From Oligoflexales bacterium (GTDB taxonomy: Bacteria; Bdellovibrionota_B; Oligoflexia; Oligoflexales; JAGOVF01), in contig JAGOVF010000001.1 in the NCBI GenBank assembly GCA_018060885.1, positions 2,481 to 66,480 of the forward strand: a DNA stretch of 64,000 nucleotides, in the 5' to 3' direction. How positions within the stretch are numbered: position 1 is the first letter of the stretch; every line of letters begins with the position of its first letter. This document shows positions 44,638 to 54,826 of this stretch, piece after piece. Position numbers and translations under genes: made by a program. The notes beneath the pieces were generated by a model. It was given only the letters and a program-made list of their open reading frames with translations, made no database searches and had not been told where the DNA came from.

Positions 44638-47600
44638 TTATATTTGCAACAAATTGGCGATCTCGCGAGCAGTCAAGTGAGACTGAGTTTGTTGTCCGCT
44701 GTCTTCTTCGTCGCCCAGTATTTCGGACATAAGTTGGCGTTTACTTTCTTGGAGTTGCAATATCCCTTCCTCAATCGTCCCTCTCGCCACAAGGCGATGC
44801 ACCATGACCTTCTGCGTTTGACCTAAACGATGCGCACGGTCCCCTGCCTGATCTTCGACAGCAGGGTTCCACCAGGGATCAAAAATAAAAACATGCTCCG
44901 CAGCAGTTAAATTCAAACCCAGACCACCAGCTTTAAGCGATATTAAAAAGATTTTTGCGTCTGTTTTGTTTTGAAACTGCTCGACCAATTCCGCGCGGTT
45001 CTTCGTTTGCCCATCTAAACGTAAATAATTCATTCCTCTTTGGGTAAGTTCTTCACCAATTAGATCTAAAAGTCCGGTCCATTGTGAAAAAACCAGACCT
45101 TTCTGCTCATTTGCTACCATGCTTAATAGACGCGCAATCAGCGCATCTACTTTTGAAGAACCTATAAAACCCTTATGCCCCGGAAGAAGGGCGGGATGGC
45201 AAGCTGCCTGCCGCAAGCGTAAAATTAATTCAAGCGCCTCTATCATCCCCTTTCCTTCAGCCAAGCGGCGCTTTAGCTCACTCACATCTTGTTGCAACAA
45301 AGAATCGTAGATTTGTTTTTCTTGATCAGAAAGTTCGATATAAAGAGTCAGTTCTGTTTTTTCAGGCAACTCAGACAAAACTTCGCGCTTTAAACGCCGC
45401 AATATAAAAGGCCGTATTTTTTTCTTGAGGTCTTCAAAAGCGCTTGTCCCAGAATTTGCACTAAAATCTGATCCAGAGTCTTGTAAATAATTTTTTTGGA
45501 ATTCTTTCAGACTACCCAATAAACCAGGATTTAGGAAACGGAACAAGCTCCAAAGTTCTTCGAGATTATTTTCAATCGGCGTGCCGGTGAGTGCAAATCT
45601 TGAGTCTGCCGCCAGCTCAAAAATCGATTGAGAAGTCAGGCTTTGCGGATTCTTAATAACTTGCGCCTCATCTAAAATAATTAGATCCCATTTTTTTTCG
45701 ACAAATTTTTCCAAATCTAGCCGCAAAGTTGCATAGCTTGTGACCACAACATTTTTATCTTCAAACAATTGCCTATTCTTACCGTGGTACAACGCAACTC
45801 TGAGCTCTGGTCGAAAGCGTTGAATTTCTGATTGCCAATTAAACAGCAAGCTGCGAGGTGCGACAATAAGGGTGTTACCCTTAATCGCAGAAATCGCCTG
45901 CAAAGTCTTTCCCAAGCCCATATCATCAGCTAAAAGCGCTCCACTTCCAATTTCGCGATGCCGACTTAGCCAGGCAAAGCCATAGAGTTGATATGCGCGC
46001 AGCTCGACAGAAAGGTTTGGTTTTTCATAATCAGAAATTTCAATTGGAGTATTCAATAACAAATTCGCACTAGCTACTAAAGAGCGGGGCAAAAGTTTAC
46101 CCTCTTTTAAATACCAATCTGTTAATAAGAGTTTTTTAGAACTTGAAATCTTTTCAAGATCTAATTTATTTTCACCACTTTTAAGATCTGAAAATATTTC
46201 CGAATAACTTTCTAACCACTTTTCAGGTATCCGTGCAAAACCTCCTTTAAAAAGCGGCACGTAATTTTTACCTGAGCGCCAAGCCTGAAAAATTTCAGCA
46301 ATGTCATATCGCTGCTTATCTACGTCAGAATGCGCAGCGACAGAAGCTAGGGAATGTTTAGCTTCTAGTAAAAACTTCAATTCGAGAGTCTTGCCATTCT
46401 CTCTATCTTCTAAGTAAGGACTAAGCTCACCGGCCCAAAAATAGTCTGCAGCAGCCCCTTTTAAATAAACACCAGCCGCTTTAAGTTTCCCAAGGACAGC
46501 AATTGCTTCTGGCGGACTAAATTTATAAATCTTGTTGATCTCAAACTGCAAATTTTCGATCTTTTGCAAAAGCTGCTTTTCGGCCAATGGGTTTCTCAAA
46601 GGAATATTATCAGGACTTTCAGTTCGCAATTGATCATTTTCCCATCTAGCCAGGGGAGGATCACCATAATATATTCGCAATACGAGCTGCATATGCTCGG
46701 AGTCTTTTTGCACTTCTGCTGCTAGATAAACCTCTACTTGTTCGATGGATACTTGGCGCTGCAAATTTTGCGAAATAGCTATTCCTGATTTTTCTATTTT
46801 GGGTAATAATTCACCAAACAAAAATGCTACTTCTTTCTGGCTAAAGAGACTTGCTTCTAACAAATATTTTTTATCAAACAAATTAAAGTCAGGCAGCCTA
46901 ATACTTGCCAAACTCCCATCCAATAGTAGAGCCGCGCCATTTTCAAAAAGCGAAACAATCTGCGGATTTCTTTCAATAGTCAATTTATATGTCGTGTCAA
47001 TCTTTTCAACTTTTCCGGTATAGGTCGGAATATTTTGTACTAAAAAAACTTTTTTTTCGTTAAAAAACAAATCCGTTTTTTCGGCAAGTAACTCAAATAT
47101 CTTTCGCCAAATTTTATGATTTATTTCAGATGCAACTAAGCCAAATATTAATTGATCGACATTCGTGTCAATACGATCTGCTAAAAACTTAGGCGCAGCC
47201 AACCTACCACTTTGATAGGACGATATTGTTGAAGAAATAATAAATTCACTTTGGCCCTCTTGAATTAAAAAGCGAGTTAGACACAATTGATTAGCTGCGT
47301 TGACGGAGAATCGGTAATTTATTTGTGCAAGTGAGTTCGCAATACTCTTGCCTCTCGGCACTTGATAGTTTTGCGTCTTCAAAAAAAGCAACGCTGCGAC
47401 GACATGAGGGCAAGGGTGATTTTTATAGCGTTTTTCGCAGAGAGGCAAATCACAGTACCAATCGCCTGTCTCTGGATTTAGAGTGACTGCCGCGCTAACA
47501 GACGCATCAGCCTGTGCTATCTTAAAGAAATAATCGCCGTCCTTATATTGATCCCAAACGACTAATTTGCTGCGATTTAATTGCACTCCTAGTGACCAGA

Positions 47601-47658
47601 TTGCCGGCGGGCATTCCTCTTGTAATCCAGTATAAAAATCGTTCCAAATTTCTGTCAT
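44638..47658 (-). CDS. SNF2-family helicase with N-terminal SWIM zinc finger
   Basis: SWIM CDLPLCEKRYKNHPCPHVVAAL. SNF2 motifs LADDMGLGKT and DEAQVIKN. Helicase-C motifs ..SLKAGGLGLNLTAAEHVFIFDPWWNPAVEDQAGDRAHRLGQ. Confidence 0.9.
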   Translation of the reverse strand: MTEIWNDFYTGLQEECPPAIWSLGVQLNRSKLVVWDQYKDGDYFFKIAQADASVSAAVTLNPETGDWYCDLPLCEKRYKNHPCPHVVAALLFLKTQNYQVPRGKSIANSLAQINYRFSVNAANQLCLTRFLIQEGQSEFIISSTISSYQSGRLAAPKFLADRIDTNVDQLIFGLVASEINHKIWRKIFELLAEKTDLFFNEKKVFLVQNIPTYTGKVEKIDTTYKLTIERNPQIVSLFENGAALLLDGSLASIRLPDFNLFDKKYLLEASLFSQKEVAFLFGELLPKIEKSGIAISQNLQRQVSIEQVEVYLAAEVQKDSEHMQLVLRIYYGDPPLARWENDQLRTESPDNIPLRNPLAEKQLLQKIENLQFEINKIYKFSPPEAIAVLGKLKAAGVYLKGAAADYFWAGELSPYLEDRENGKTLELKFLLEAKHSLASVAAHSDVDKQRYDIAEIFQAWRSGKNYVPLFKGGFARIPEKWLESYSEIFSDLKSGENKLDLEKISSSKKLLLTDWYLKEGKLLPRSLVASANLLLNTPIEISDYEKPNLSVELRAYQLYGFAWLSRHREIGSGALLADDMGLGKTLQAISAIKGNTLIVAPRSLLFNWQSEIQRFRPELRVALYHGKNRQLFEDKNVVVTSYATLRLDLEKFVEKKWDLIILDEAQVIKNPQSLTSQSIFELAADSRFALTGTPIENNLEELWSLFRFLNPGLLGSLKEFQKNYLQDSGSDFSANSGTSAFEDLKKKIRPFILRRLKREVLSELPEKTELTLYIELSDQEKQIYDSLLQQDVSELKRRLAEGKGMIEALELILRLRQAACHPALLPGHKGFIGSSKVDALIARLLSMVANEQKGLVFSQWTGLLDLIGEELTQRGMNYLRLDGQTKNRAELVEQFQNKTDAKIFLISLKAGGLGLNLTAAEHVFIFDPWWNPAVEDQAGDRAHRLGQTQKVMVHRLVARGTIEEGILQLQESKRQLMSEILGDEEDSGQQTQSHLTAREIANLLQI

Positions 47659-47706
47659 TCTATTCTAAAAGCTCCTGCCTTTGTCAGTATGACCAGTCAA
47701 TCTCGA

Positions 47707-47736
47707 CAAAAAAAAGCACCTAAAGAGGTGCTTTTT
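47707..47736 (-). terminator. Rho-independent terminator after gene 47800..48198
   Basis: AGCACCT-aaag-AGGTGCT, a 7-bp stem flanked by A8 (plus strand, which is a U-run on the minus transcript) and T5. Confidence 0.75.
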
Positions 47737-47799
47737 ACATAGAAAAATAATTTAGTCTAAATATTAATGACGGAATGAGAAAAAACTAATTGGTATCGT

Positions 47800-48198
47800 C
47801 TAAGGCCGTTTTGCCATAATTCCGTTATCTATTGTACTTTCATCAACATTAAAGGTTCTAGGCTGCGCATTTGATGTGCGTATCAAGCTTCTCTGTTGAT
47901 TCTGAAGGTATTGCACGACACCTTTATTTGCAGGGTCTTTCTTCAGATTGTCGATTTCTCTCTGTATGTCATTTAGCCTGTCAACGTCATCCGGGTTTTT
48001 GTAGATTTCATCTAGAATGGTGTTGTACTTTTCCTTGTCTAATTCATTTAAACCCGTAGTATTTGCATAGCGATGGTATTTATGAATCGACATAGGCTCG
48101 GTGTCGATCACGACTGATCCGTCTTGTTTCTTTTCTACCACAACACCTGGTTTTGTATAAATTCCCGCCTTCGAGACGAGATCGCCGATTTGAACCAT
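47800..48198 (-). CDS. Hypothetical protein (132 aa)
   Basis: The ORF has RBS GGGGGA and its own terminator. No recognisable motif. Confidence 0.6.
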   Translation of the reverse strand: MVQIGDLVSKAGIYTKPGVVVEKKQDGSVVIDTEPMSIHKYHRYANTTGLNELDKEKYNTILDEIYKNPDDVDRLNDIQREIDNLKKDPANKGVVQYLQNQQRSLIRTSNAQPRTFNVDESTIDNGIMAKRP

Positions 48199-48424
48199 TT
48201 TATTTCCCCCTATTGCACAGACTGGCTAATATGCTGTACCTTTATTCTAACAAACACAGACTTGTATGATGGAATATTGGCTCGCTGCTGAACTTTTTGA
48301 TTTACGATGTCTGGGCTAATTTATGGGTGTTATTCAATCATTAGACTCACTAAAGTTTTGTTTAAAAAAACCGATAACACCCTAGTCAGTAGTCTCAAAC
48401 CATGGCCCAAGGGGAAAAATCGCA

Positions 48425-48604
48425 ATGATTACAAATGACAAAGAAAAGACTCTTCGTCAAAAACACAACCAAGAACTTTTATCACGTATGCAAAATGGTG
48501 AGGATCTTAGAAAATTCAATCCAGAAGCTAGCTGGTATCCGCCGCGTCCTATAGTGAAAAAAGATAAATCAGCACTGACCCGTCTATTTCCAGCACAGAA
48601 ATAA
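48425..48604 (+). CDS. Small hypothetical protein (59 aa; below the ORF-track cutoff)
   Basis: My translation is MITNDKEKTLRQKHNQELLSRMQNGEDLRKFNPEASWYPPRPIVKKDKSALTRLFPAQK. AAGGGG lies about 9 nt upstream of the ATG. Confidence 0.35.
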   Translation: MITNDKEKTLRQKHNQELLSRMQNGEDLRKFNPEASWYPPRPIVKKDKSALTRLFPAQK

Positions 48605-48617
48605 CCAAATCACTTTA

Positions 48618-49631
48618 TTAGTTTAAGAGCCCAGAATAGTCGGATTCAAATCCGACTAAAGGCTTTATTGAGTTTTCGGAAAGAATGAGCGCAAGTAAAC
48701 GATCAAATCCAAGCGCATTTCCACAAACTTCGGATGAAAATTCCCGCAAACTTGCAAAAAAATTCTCATCCCTAGGAATCTCGTCATAGCCCAATTTCAG
48801 TCGATTTTTGTTCGTTGTTTTTAAGCGGAGCGTGACCTCAGCTTCAGACATCTCTTCAAGATATCCATTGCTCAATTCCACTCCAAATAAATAAAACTCA
48901 AAGCGTTGAGCCCGACCATTTATGACCTTCGATAATGCCGACTGCGAAGGCGGAAAGTCGAAAAGAACACAGAACTCCAGCTGCTCCAATTTTGGCTCTA
49001 TTTTTTCTATGAGAATTTTAAAATAAGCTGTTTCAAAATCATCGTTTGGTTTAACGGAAATGACCCCACTTTGTATAGCCTTTTTAGCCAAATCGACATC
49101 ACCATCAACGAGTACTATCCCGACAAATTCACGCACTGCATCAAAGACACTTATTCTTTTGAGTGGTGGCAATTTATTTTTTTCAATTTTAGAACCAGAA
49201 AAATTATTTAATCGAAATTCTTCCCAGACCGTCCGAATGAGCTCTTCAGTGTCTGCCACGATCTTATTTAACGAAGCACCAACTTCGTACCATTCGAGCA
49301 TGGTAAATTCTGGGTGATGCCATTGACTATATTCTCCGCCATTGCGAAAACATTTGCCGATTTGATAAATACGCGGCATTTTTTCACTCAACAAACGCTT
49401 CATGTGCAGTTCCGGACTTGATCGCAAAAAAAACGATTGCTCCTGTCCATCATAATAGCGCCATTTTGTGGAAAAATATTGTTGATGAACTTCTATACCC
49501 GGTGCTTGCACAACAACAGGCGTTTCGACATCTAAAAAACCTCGCTCTTCAAAAAAAAGACTGATCTTTTTTTTTAAAAAATTCCGCGATTTTTGTGCCG
49601 CAAACATCTGGTCTGTTGGTACTAGGGCCAT
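48618..49631 (-). CDS. epmA: EF-P (R)-beta-lysine ligase (PoxA/GenX; truncated class II LysRS paralog)
   Basis: Class II aaRS motifs: FLDVETPVV, LRSSPELHMKRLL, IYQIGKCFRNGGEYSQWHHPEFTMLEWY, and GNALGFDRLL. Confidence 0.85.
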   Translation of the reverse strand: MALVPTDQMFAAQKSRNFLKKKISLFFEERGFLDVETPVVVQAPGIEVHQQYFSTKWRYYDGQEQSFFLRSSPELHMKRLLSEKMPRIYQIGKCFRNGGEYSQWHHPEFTMLEWYEVGASLNKIVADTEELIRTVWEEFRLNNFSGSKIEKNKLPPLKRISVFDAVREFVGIVLVDGDVDLAKKAIQSGVISVKPNDDFETAYFKILIEKIEPKLEQLEFCVLFDFPPSQSALSKVINGRAQRFEFYLFGVELSNGYLEEMSEAEVTLRLKTTNKNRLKLGYDEIPRDENFFASLREFSSEVCGNALGFDRLLALILSENSIKPLVGFESDYSGLLN

Positions 49632-52267
49632 TTCTTCCTTCTCGCACTAGACTTTTTGTCAAGCGGCTGCGGCAAACCACCTGTGTGCAAATAGAGATTT
49701 TTACGGCTTTCATGAATTTTATGCAGTTTTTTGCTTATGATTTGCAAAGCTGATTTGTCTTCAAAATTTTTCACATATATATTTTTTGCGCCAAATTCAA
49801 CGCCAGTTGTAATTTCAAATGCTTGGAAAAAATGCGCCACCGGATATATTTTTAAAAAACCTTCGCCTATTGCATCTCGGACAAATTTATGTAGCATGAG
49901 GTTATCAACATTTTGATGTGGAATAACGACTCCATAACTTTTATTTTCTCCAAGCAACTTACAAGTTTTTAAAAAGCCCTCAATTTTTTCATTTATACCA
50001 CCAACTGGCTGCACGTCGCCAAGCTGGTTTAAACTGCCTGTCACAGCGAAATTTTGTTTGACCGGAATCCCAGATATTGAACTAATAACCGCAATAAGTT
50101 CTGCAATCGTCGCACTGTCCCCATCAATAATGCCATAGGATTGTTCAAAACAAACGCTAGCAGAAAATCCTAAACTCGATTCTCTGGCAAGCAAAGCGCT
50201 CAAAAAACCGCTTAAAATATACACTCCTTTGTCATGAATGTTTCCAGAGAGTTTACTCGCGCGCTCGACATTTAAAATTCCTTCTTCATTCATAGATGTT
50301 GTGCAGGTAATGCGACCAACGCGGCCAAAAACATGATCGCCAAAATCATAAACAGAAAGTCCATTAACTTGACCGACCCGCTCGCCATCTACACTTACTA
50401 AGTAATCTTTAGATTTAATACTATCCATGAGCTGTTCTTCGACTAAATCGACGCGATGAATTTGATTTTCAAGCGCCAATTCGACATGTTGTCGAGTGAT
50501 TTGTTTCTGCTTAGTGTGTCGAGCAATAAAATCAGCCTCAATCAAAAGATCCTTTATAGTGCCGAATTGAGTAGACAGATAATTATGATCCTCAACCAAA
50601 CGACTACCATATTCAATAATTGAGCATACCGCTGACTTCTGAACCGGCAACAATCCTTCCACCAAGGCCCGATTAATAATAAAGTCAGCATAAGAATTCA
50701 TATTAAGTTTTGTGCGCGGCATTTTATAATTGAAATCAGCTTTGATTTTAAAAATTTTGCGAAAATCTTCATCTTCATCATATAAAATATGATAAATATC
50801 ATCGCTACCTATGATGATAACCTTCAGATCGAGCGGAATGGGTTGCGGCCTAAGACCAGAAGTCGGCAGCAAAGAATATTGCTCGCCCATATCTTCGATA
50901 AAAGCTTTTTGATTTTTTAAAACACGTTTTAAAAACTCCCAAATTGAATCGGCCCCACCCCGAAATATATCAGAAGCATTTAATACTAAATATCCACCGT
51001 TAGCACGCTGAACTGCACCTGATTTAAGCATAGTAAAATCAGTTCTATACATTCCGTACTCGACATTTTTTTCAATGCGACCAAATAAATTATAGTAAGT
51101 TGGATTTGTTTCTATCACGATAGGTGCGTTGGACTTCCCTGTATTATCTACAAAAAGATTTACTTTATATTTTACGAAGCGATCTTTGATTTCTATATTG
51201 TGCCTCAGGCTTTCTTCAGAAGCCTGACCGTCGTCGCTTTCTTCTTCAACGAACTCCAAAAGATTGTCGATAATATCTTTGCTGACCTCTTCAAGGTAAT
51301 TTTTTATTTCTTCGTTCTTTGCATAATAATCAAACATAAGCGTCAATTGCGAATTAACGACCTTCTTTCCCAATTCTTTGCGCAAATCTTCTATGTAACT
51401 TGTGCTTTTTATTTCAATTTCACGAATTTTGCGTGCAAAATCAAGAATAGAAGGCTCTAGCTGCGATCGTTGTTTTTCAATCTCTGCCTTCTGCTGATTA
51501 TCTAACTTATTATATTCTTTTTCGGTGAGTGCCCGGCCATGTACAACAGGAATCGTTTCAATTCCAACCCGCGTCGACTTTATAGTAAATCCCATTGTCT
51601 TTGCTTTATTTTCTAACTTGGAAAATAATTTCGATTTTTTATCATTTGAAGTCGAAAGAAATAAATTTGCAGGATTTTCATATTCTTCACTATGTAGCAC
51701 TTTGGTGATTTGATCTCGCAAAGATTTATTGAGCTGATCCATTCTTTTTTTGAAAACTCTTCCTTCTCCTGCTTTTAGCTTAATAGCTTTCGGGGTTTCA
51801 GGATCTTGAAAGTCATGCACATATACCCAATCAAAGGGAGATGGCGCTCCTTTAGACCAGGCTTCGAGGAAGTTGGTAATAACGCTTAATTTGCCAGTGC
51901 CCGCACTACCCGCTACATAGATATTATAACCAGGCTTACGAATTCCAAGTCCAAGATTAATTGCCTGCACCGCACGATCCTGGGCGATAATTTCATGCGA
52001 TTTTTTTGCACTTTGGCGTTTAGGTAAATCAAAATCTTTATCATTGCATTTCATATAAACAAGAGCTGCATCAAGTGGTTTTGCGGCACTCGAAGTTGCA
52101 ATTGATGATGCAAACACTTTAGGTTTACGAGCAGCTTTCTGGCTAATTCTCACTGCTTTTTTCTTAAAAGGCATTCTCTTCTCCCTATGATGAGACGCCA
52201 TTGTTTCTTGTAAATGGCTCTTTAAAAAATATTTTGGCAGAATACCGCTATCAAGTATTCTGGGCAT
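49622..52267 (-). CDS. Lon-like ATP-dependent protease (COG1067-type AAA+ with a C-terminal Lon S16 domain)
   Basis: Walker A VAGSAGTGK. C-terminal Lon proteolytic-domain pattern ..IDGDSATIAELIAVISSISGIPVKQNFAVTGSLNQLGDVQPVGGINEKIEGF. The true start may be an internal Met. Confidence 0.75.
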   Translation of the reverse strand: MPRILDSGILPKYFLKSHLQETMASHHREKRMPFKKKAVRISQKAARKPKVFASSIATSSAAKPLDAALVYMKCNDKDFDLPKRQSAKKSHEIIAQDRAVQAINLGLGIRKPGYNIYVAGSAGTGKLSVITNFLEAWSKGAPSPFDWVYVHDFQDPETPKAIKLKAGEGRVFKKRMDQLNKSLRDQITKVLHSEEYENPANLFLSTSNDKKSKLFSKLENKAKTMGFTIKSTRVGIETIPVVHGRALTEKEYNKLDNQQKAEIEKQRSQLEPSILDFARKIREIEIKSTSYIEDLRKELGKKVVNSQLTLMFDYYAKNEEIKNYLEEVSKDIIDNLLEFVEEESDDGQASEESLRHNIEIKDRFVKYKVNLFVDNTGKSNAPIVIETNPTYYNLFGRIEKNVEYGMYRTDFTMLKSGAVQRANGGYLVLNASDIFRGGADSIWEFLKRVLKNQKAFIEDMGEQYSLLPTSGLRPQPIPLDLKVIIIGSDDIYHILYDEDEDFRKIFKIKADFNYKMPRTKLNMNSYADFIINRALVEGLLPVQKSAVCSIIEYGSRLVEDHNYLSTQFGTIKDLLIEADFIARHTKQKQITRQHVELALENQIHRVDLVEEQLMDSIKSKDYLVSVDGERVGQVNGLSVYDFGDHVFGRVGRITCTTSMNEEGILNVERASKLSGNIHDKGVYILSGFLSALLARESSLGFSASVCFEQSYGIIDGDSATIAELIAVISSISGIPVKQNFAVTGSLNQLGDVQPVGGINEKIEGFLKTCKLLGENKSYGVVIPHQNVDNLMLHKFVRDAIGEGFLKIYPVAHFFQAFEITTGVEFGAKNIYVKNFEDKSALQIISKKLHKIHESRKNLYLHTGGLPQPLDKKSSARRKKWP

Positions 52268-52301
52268 AAATTAATGTAATGCCAAGAAATTTCTTCCGAT
52301 T

Positions 52302-52339
52302 AAAAATAAAAAAAGGTTTCTTGAGCAAGTCAAGAAACC
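52302..52339 (-). terminator. Rho-independent terminator after gene 52383..53081
   Basis: GGTTTCTTGA-gcaag-TCAAGAAACC, a 10-bp stem. On the minus strand it is followed by UUUUUUUAUUUUU. Confidence 0.8.
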
Positions 52340-52382
52340 AAAAGTTAGTTTAAGAGGACATTTTAAAAAAATTAAAATTTAA

Positions 52383-53081
52383 CTATGCTCGCAAATCGCC
52401 GCCCAAACCTTTAATCACCTGCATGTAATTACCGGACAGACCAAATTCGCCGACTGGTTCTCTAAGAGTTTTTAACAAATTCGAAATGAATTTGCGTCCA
52501 TTACTGTTTGTATCATTATAAAAATATTCACCATAAGCATCAATAAAATCAAGGGCTTCTTCAAGGCCATCTTTGTTGGGTGGATTGCAACAAATAGCGA
52601 CAGCTTTACTCAACCAGCGACCCAGCTCTTGCAAATTTTCATTAGATTTAATTCCAAGGCGTAAGGCTTCGCCATAGAGCGATAACAAAATATCTTTAGG
52701 CAAATCAGTTTCACAAGTCCCAATAAATGTACTAACAGTCCGATAGGCATTCGGCCAATTTTTTGCTTGCTGAAGCACACGAATTTTTTCCATAGCGCCA
52801 TCATAGGATTTAACAGCTTTATCTTGTCGCTGTTTTAAAATTCTTTGATGCGCTTCAATTTGTGGACGCATTCTTTCTTTTAATAAAGCCACAGCTCGCT
52901 CGACTTCTTCTCGGTGTATAGTTGCGTTTAATTCAAACTCTACACCCAAAACATCAGATAGCACATCAACAACATGATCGAGCGTTTCACCACTTTTTTC
53001 TGCCAGTTGACTAAAGTTCCATTTTGTATGCGGTAGCCAATCAGAAAACGTTGCTTCCATCTTGAAGATAAAGTCCAGCAT
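52383..53081 (-). CDS. Hypothetical helical protein (232 aa)
   Basis: The ORF has its own strong terminator. No family recognised. Confidence 0.55.
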   Translation of the reverse strand: MLDFIFKMEATFSDWLPHTKWNFSQLAEKSGETLDHVVDVLSDVLGVEFELNATIHREEVERAVALLKERMRPQIEAHQRILKQRQDKAVKSYDGAMEKIRVLQQAKNWPNAYRTVSTFIGTCETDLPKDILLSLYGEALRLGIKSNENLQELGRWLSKAVAICCNPPNKDGLEEALDFIDAYGEYFYNDTNSNGRKFISNLLKTLREPVGEFGLSGNYMQVIKGLGGDLRA

Positions 53082-53304
53082 CGCGGCAGTTCTCCCGTCA
53101 GTCCAGTTTTTGGTAAATTTTTATTTGGTGTATCTAATTATGATTTTACTTTGGCTGAGTTCGGAAAGCAAAATTTTCTCTGCAAAATATCTTGGAGAAG
53201 GGCTTAGCGAGGAATTTTGTATCTGCATAAGAAGTGAAAATCTGAGGACTTATTATGAACCTTTGTGTAGCCATAAAATGACAAAATAAATTAACTCATT
53301 TTTC

Positions 53305-53350
53305 AAAAAAATACCCCGGGCTCCTCAATTATTCACTGAGAAGCCCGGGG
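53305..53350 (-). terminator. Rho-independent terminator after the small basic ORF
   Basis: CCCCGGGCT...AGCCCGGGG, a 9-bp GC stem plus 4 further pairs. On the minus strand it is followed by UAUUUUUUUG. Confidence 0.8.
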
Positions 53351-53371
53351 ATTTGAGTCAATTAAATTCTA

Positions 53372-53488
53372 TTATTTAGTTCTTAAAAGCCTTCGCATAC
53401 GCATCATACGACGCTTTTTACGACCAACTTTTCTCCGGCCTTTTGGATGTTTGCGTTTGTGTCTAGATCCGTGCACGTTTTTCTCCAT
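53372..53488 (-). CDS. Hyper-basic micro-protein (38 aa from ATG 53488, or 34 aa from GTG 53476); possible bS22-like ribosomal peptide
   Basis: My translation is MEKNV-HGSRHKRKHPKGRRKVGRKKRRMMRMRRLLRTK*. GGAG lies 6 nt upstream of the internal GTG. A dedicated terminator lies 21 nt downstream. This ORF is not in the ORF track because it is under 60 aa. Confidence 0.55.
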   Translation of the reverse strand: MEKNVHGSRHKRKHPKGRRKVGRKKRRMMRMRRLLRTK

Positions 53489-53656
53489 TCTCTGACTAAG
53501 AGCCTTTATGACCGATAGCCGTATTGATATTTCTTAAAAATTGCGTTAAACCTGCAAACTGAGGGGAAGAAAATAGCTTCAAGTCCCTAAAAAAGCAAGT
53601 GATTTACCAAACCATTACAAGCATCTAAAATTACTATAATAATTGGACAATTAGTC

Positions 53657-54736
53657 ATGTCGTCTGCGTCTGCCCATCTACTTTCATTTCGCTTAAAAGA
53701 TCTTGAAAATCTTTGTAGCGACATTGGGTATTCTGTACACCATGCCAAGACAATACTTCGGCAAACTTATAAATTCCACAAAACTCATTTTTCAGAGCTT
53801 GAAAATTTTCCACAAAAGCTGGCTACGCACATCCAAGAAAAATTTAGTTTTGAACTTCCGGAAGTTGTAGAAACACAAGTTTCTGCTTACGACAATAGTG
53901 TAAAATTTTTACTGCGGCTTTCAGATGGAGGCCTTATTGAGGCCGTATTAATGCCAGAAAAAACTCGCATCACTCTCTGTGTATCTTCTCAATTTGGTTG
54001 TGCTCAAGCTTGCAGTTTCTGCCACACAGGTCGCATGGGTTTAATTCGAAATTTATATCGTCACGAAATAGTCGCACAAGTCATGATTGCAAATAAGTGG
54101 ATTGATGTACATGTACCTTGGCTTAAAAAACTGCGTTTAGACCCTGAAAAACGCGTCACCAATGTCGTTTTTATGGGTATGGGAGAGCCACTGGACAACG
54201 TTGATGAAGTTGCAGCAGCTATCGATATTCTCAGCGAACCCTTTGCTTATAATTTGGCCGCCAGAAAAATTACGGTATCAACAGCAGGACATTTAGCTGG
54301 CTTAGAAAAATTGCTGTCTTTAAATAAAAATTTTAGTTTAGCTTTAAGTTTGCATGCTTCTAGCGACAAGCAGCGTAGCAAAATAATGCCGATTAATAGA
54401 AGATGGCCGCTGAGCGATTTAGTAGAAAAACTAAAATTTTATAACGACCTTTCTGGTCGCGATATATTTATTCAGTACACATTAATTAAAGGGGTCAACG
54501 ATAGCATTCATCATGCTGAAGAAGTTGCACAATTACTCAAAGGCCTGCGAGTTAAAATCAATTTAATACCCCTAAACCCGATCGACCCAAGCTTACTCGA
54601 AGCACCGGAAGTGGAGGCAATCGAATTTTTTAGAAAAATCCTCCAAAATCATGGATATCGCGTCATGGTGCGCTATAGCAAGGGACAAGATATCAGCGCC
54701 GCCTGCGGCCAACTCGTCTCAGAGGCGTCAATATGA
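53657..54736 (+). CDS. rlmN: 23S rRNA/tRNA (adenine-C2)-methyltransferase, radical SAM
   Basis: The CxxxCxxC cluster in CVSSQFGCAQACSFCHTG, together with MGMGEPLDN and the C-terminal ..DISAACGQL. Confidence 0.9.
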   Translation: MSSASAHLLSFRLKDLENLCSDIGYSVHHAKTILRQTYKFHKTHFSELENFPQKLATHIQEKFSFELPEVVETQVSAYDNSVKFLLRLSDGGLIEAVLMPEKTRITLCVSSQFGCAQACSFCHTGRMGLIRNLYRHEIVAQVMIANKWIDVHVPWLKKLRLDPEKRVTNVVFMGMGEPLDNVDEVAAAIDILSEPFAYNLAARKITVSTAGHLAGLEKLLSLNKNFSLALSLHASSDKQRSKIMPINRRWPLSDLVEKLKFYNDLSGRDIFIQYTLIKGVNDSIHHAEEVAQLLKGLRVKINLIPLNPIDPSLLEAPEVEAIEFFRKILQNHGYRVMVRYSKGQDISAACGQLVSEASI

Positions 54737-54767
54737 GCAAAAAATCAGTTAATTAAACTTAACCAGC

Positions 54768-54794
54768 TAAATTTTAACTAAAAGCTGCCGATAC
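54768..54794 (+). promoter_or_regulatory. Sigma28 (FliA)-type promoter upstream of the FapA-like gene
   Basis: TAAA (54768-54771), exactly 15 nt, then GCCGATAC (54787-54794). The consensus is TAAA-N15-GCCGATAA. The element lies about 33 nt before the GTG at 54827. Confidence 0.6.
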
Positions 54795-54826
54795 TTTCCC
54801 TGAACTCAATATAGATTAGGTGAAGA

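Noticed and set aside
44638-48198. SWIM-SNF2 helicase plus adjacent small genes as a phage-defence module
   Set aside because: No nuclease, methyltransferase or other defence partner is adjacent. A terminator separates it from the upstream gene. SWIM-SNF2 proteins of this layout are common housekeeping-type genes.
49622-53081. Lon-like AAA protease plus the upstream 232-aa protein as a BREX (BrxL)-like or other defence fragment
   Set aside because: No PglX, PglZ or BrxA-C-like genes are nearby. A strong terminator (52302-52339) separates the two genes. The protease overlaps epmA in a housekeeping context.
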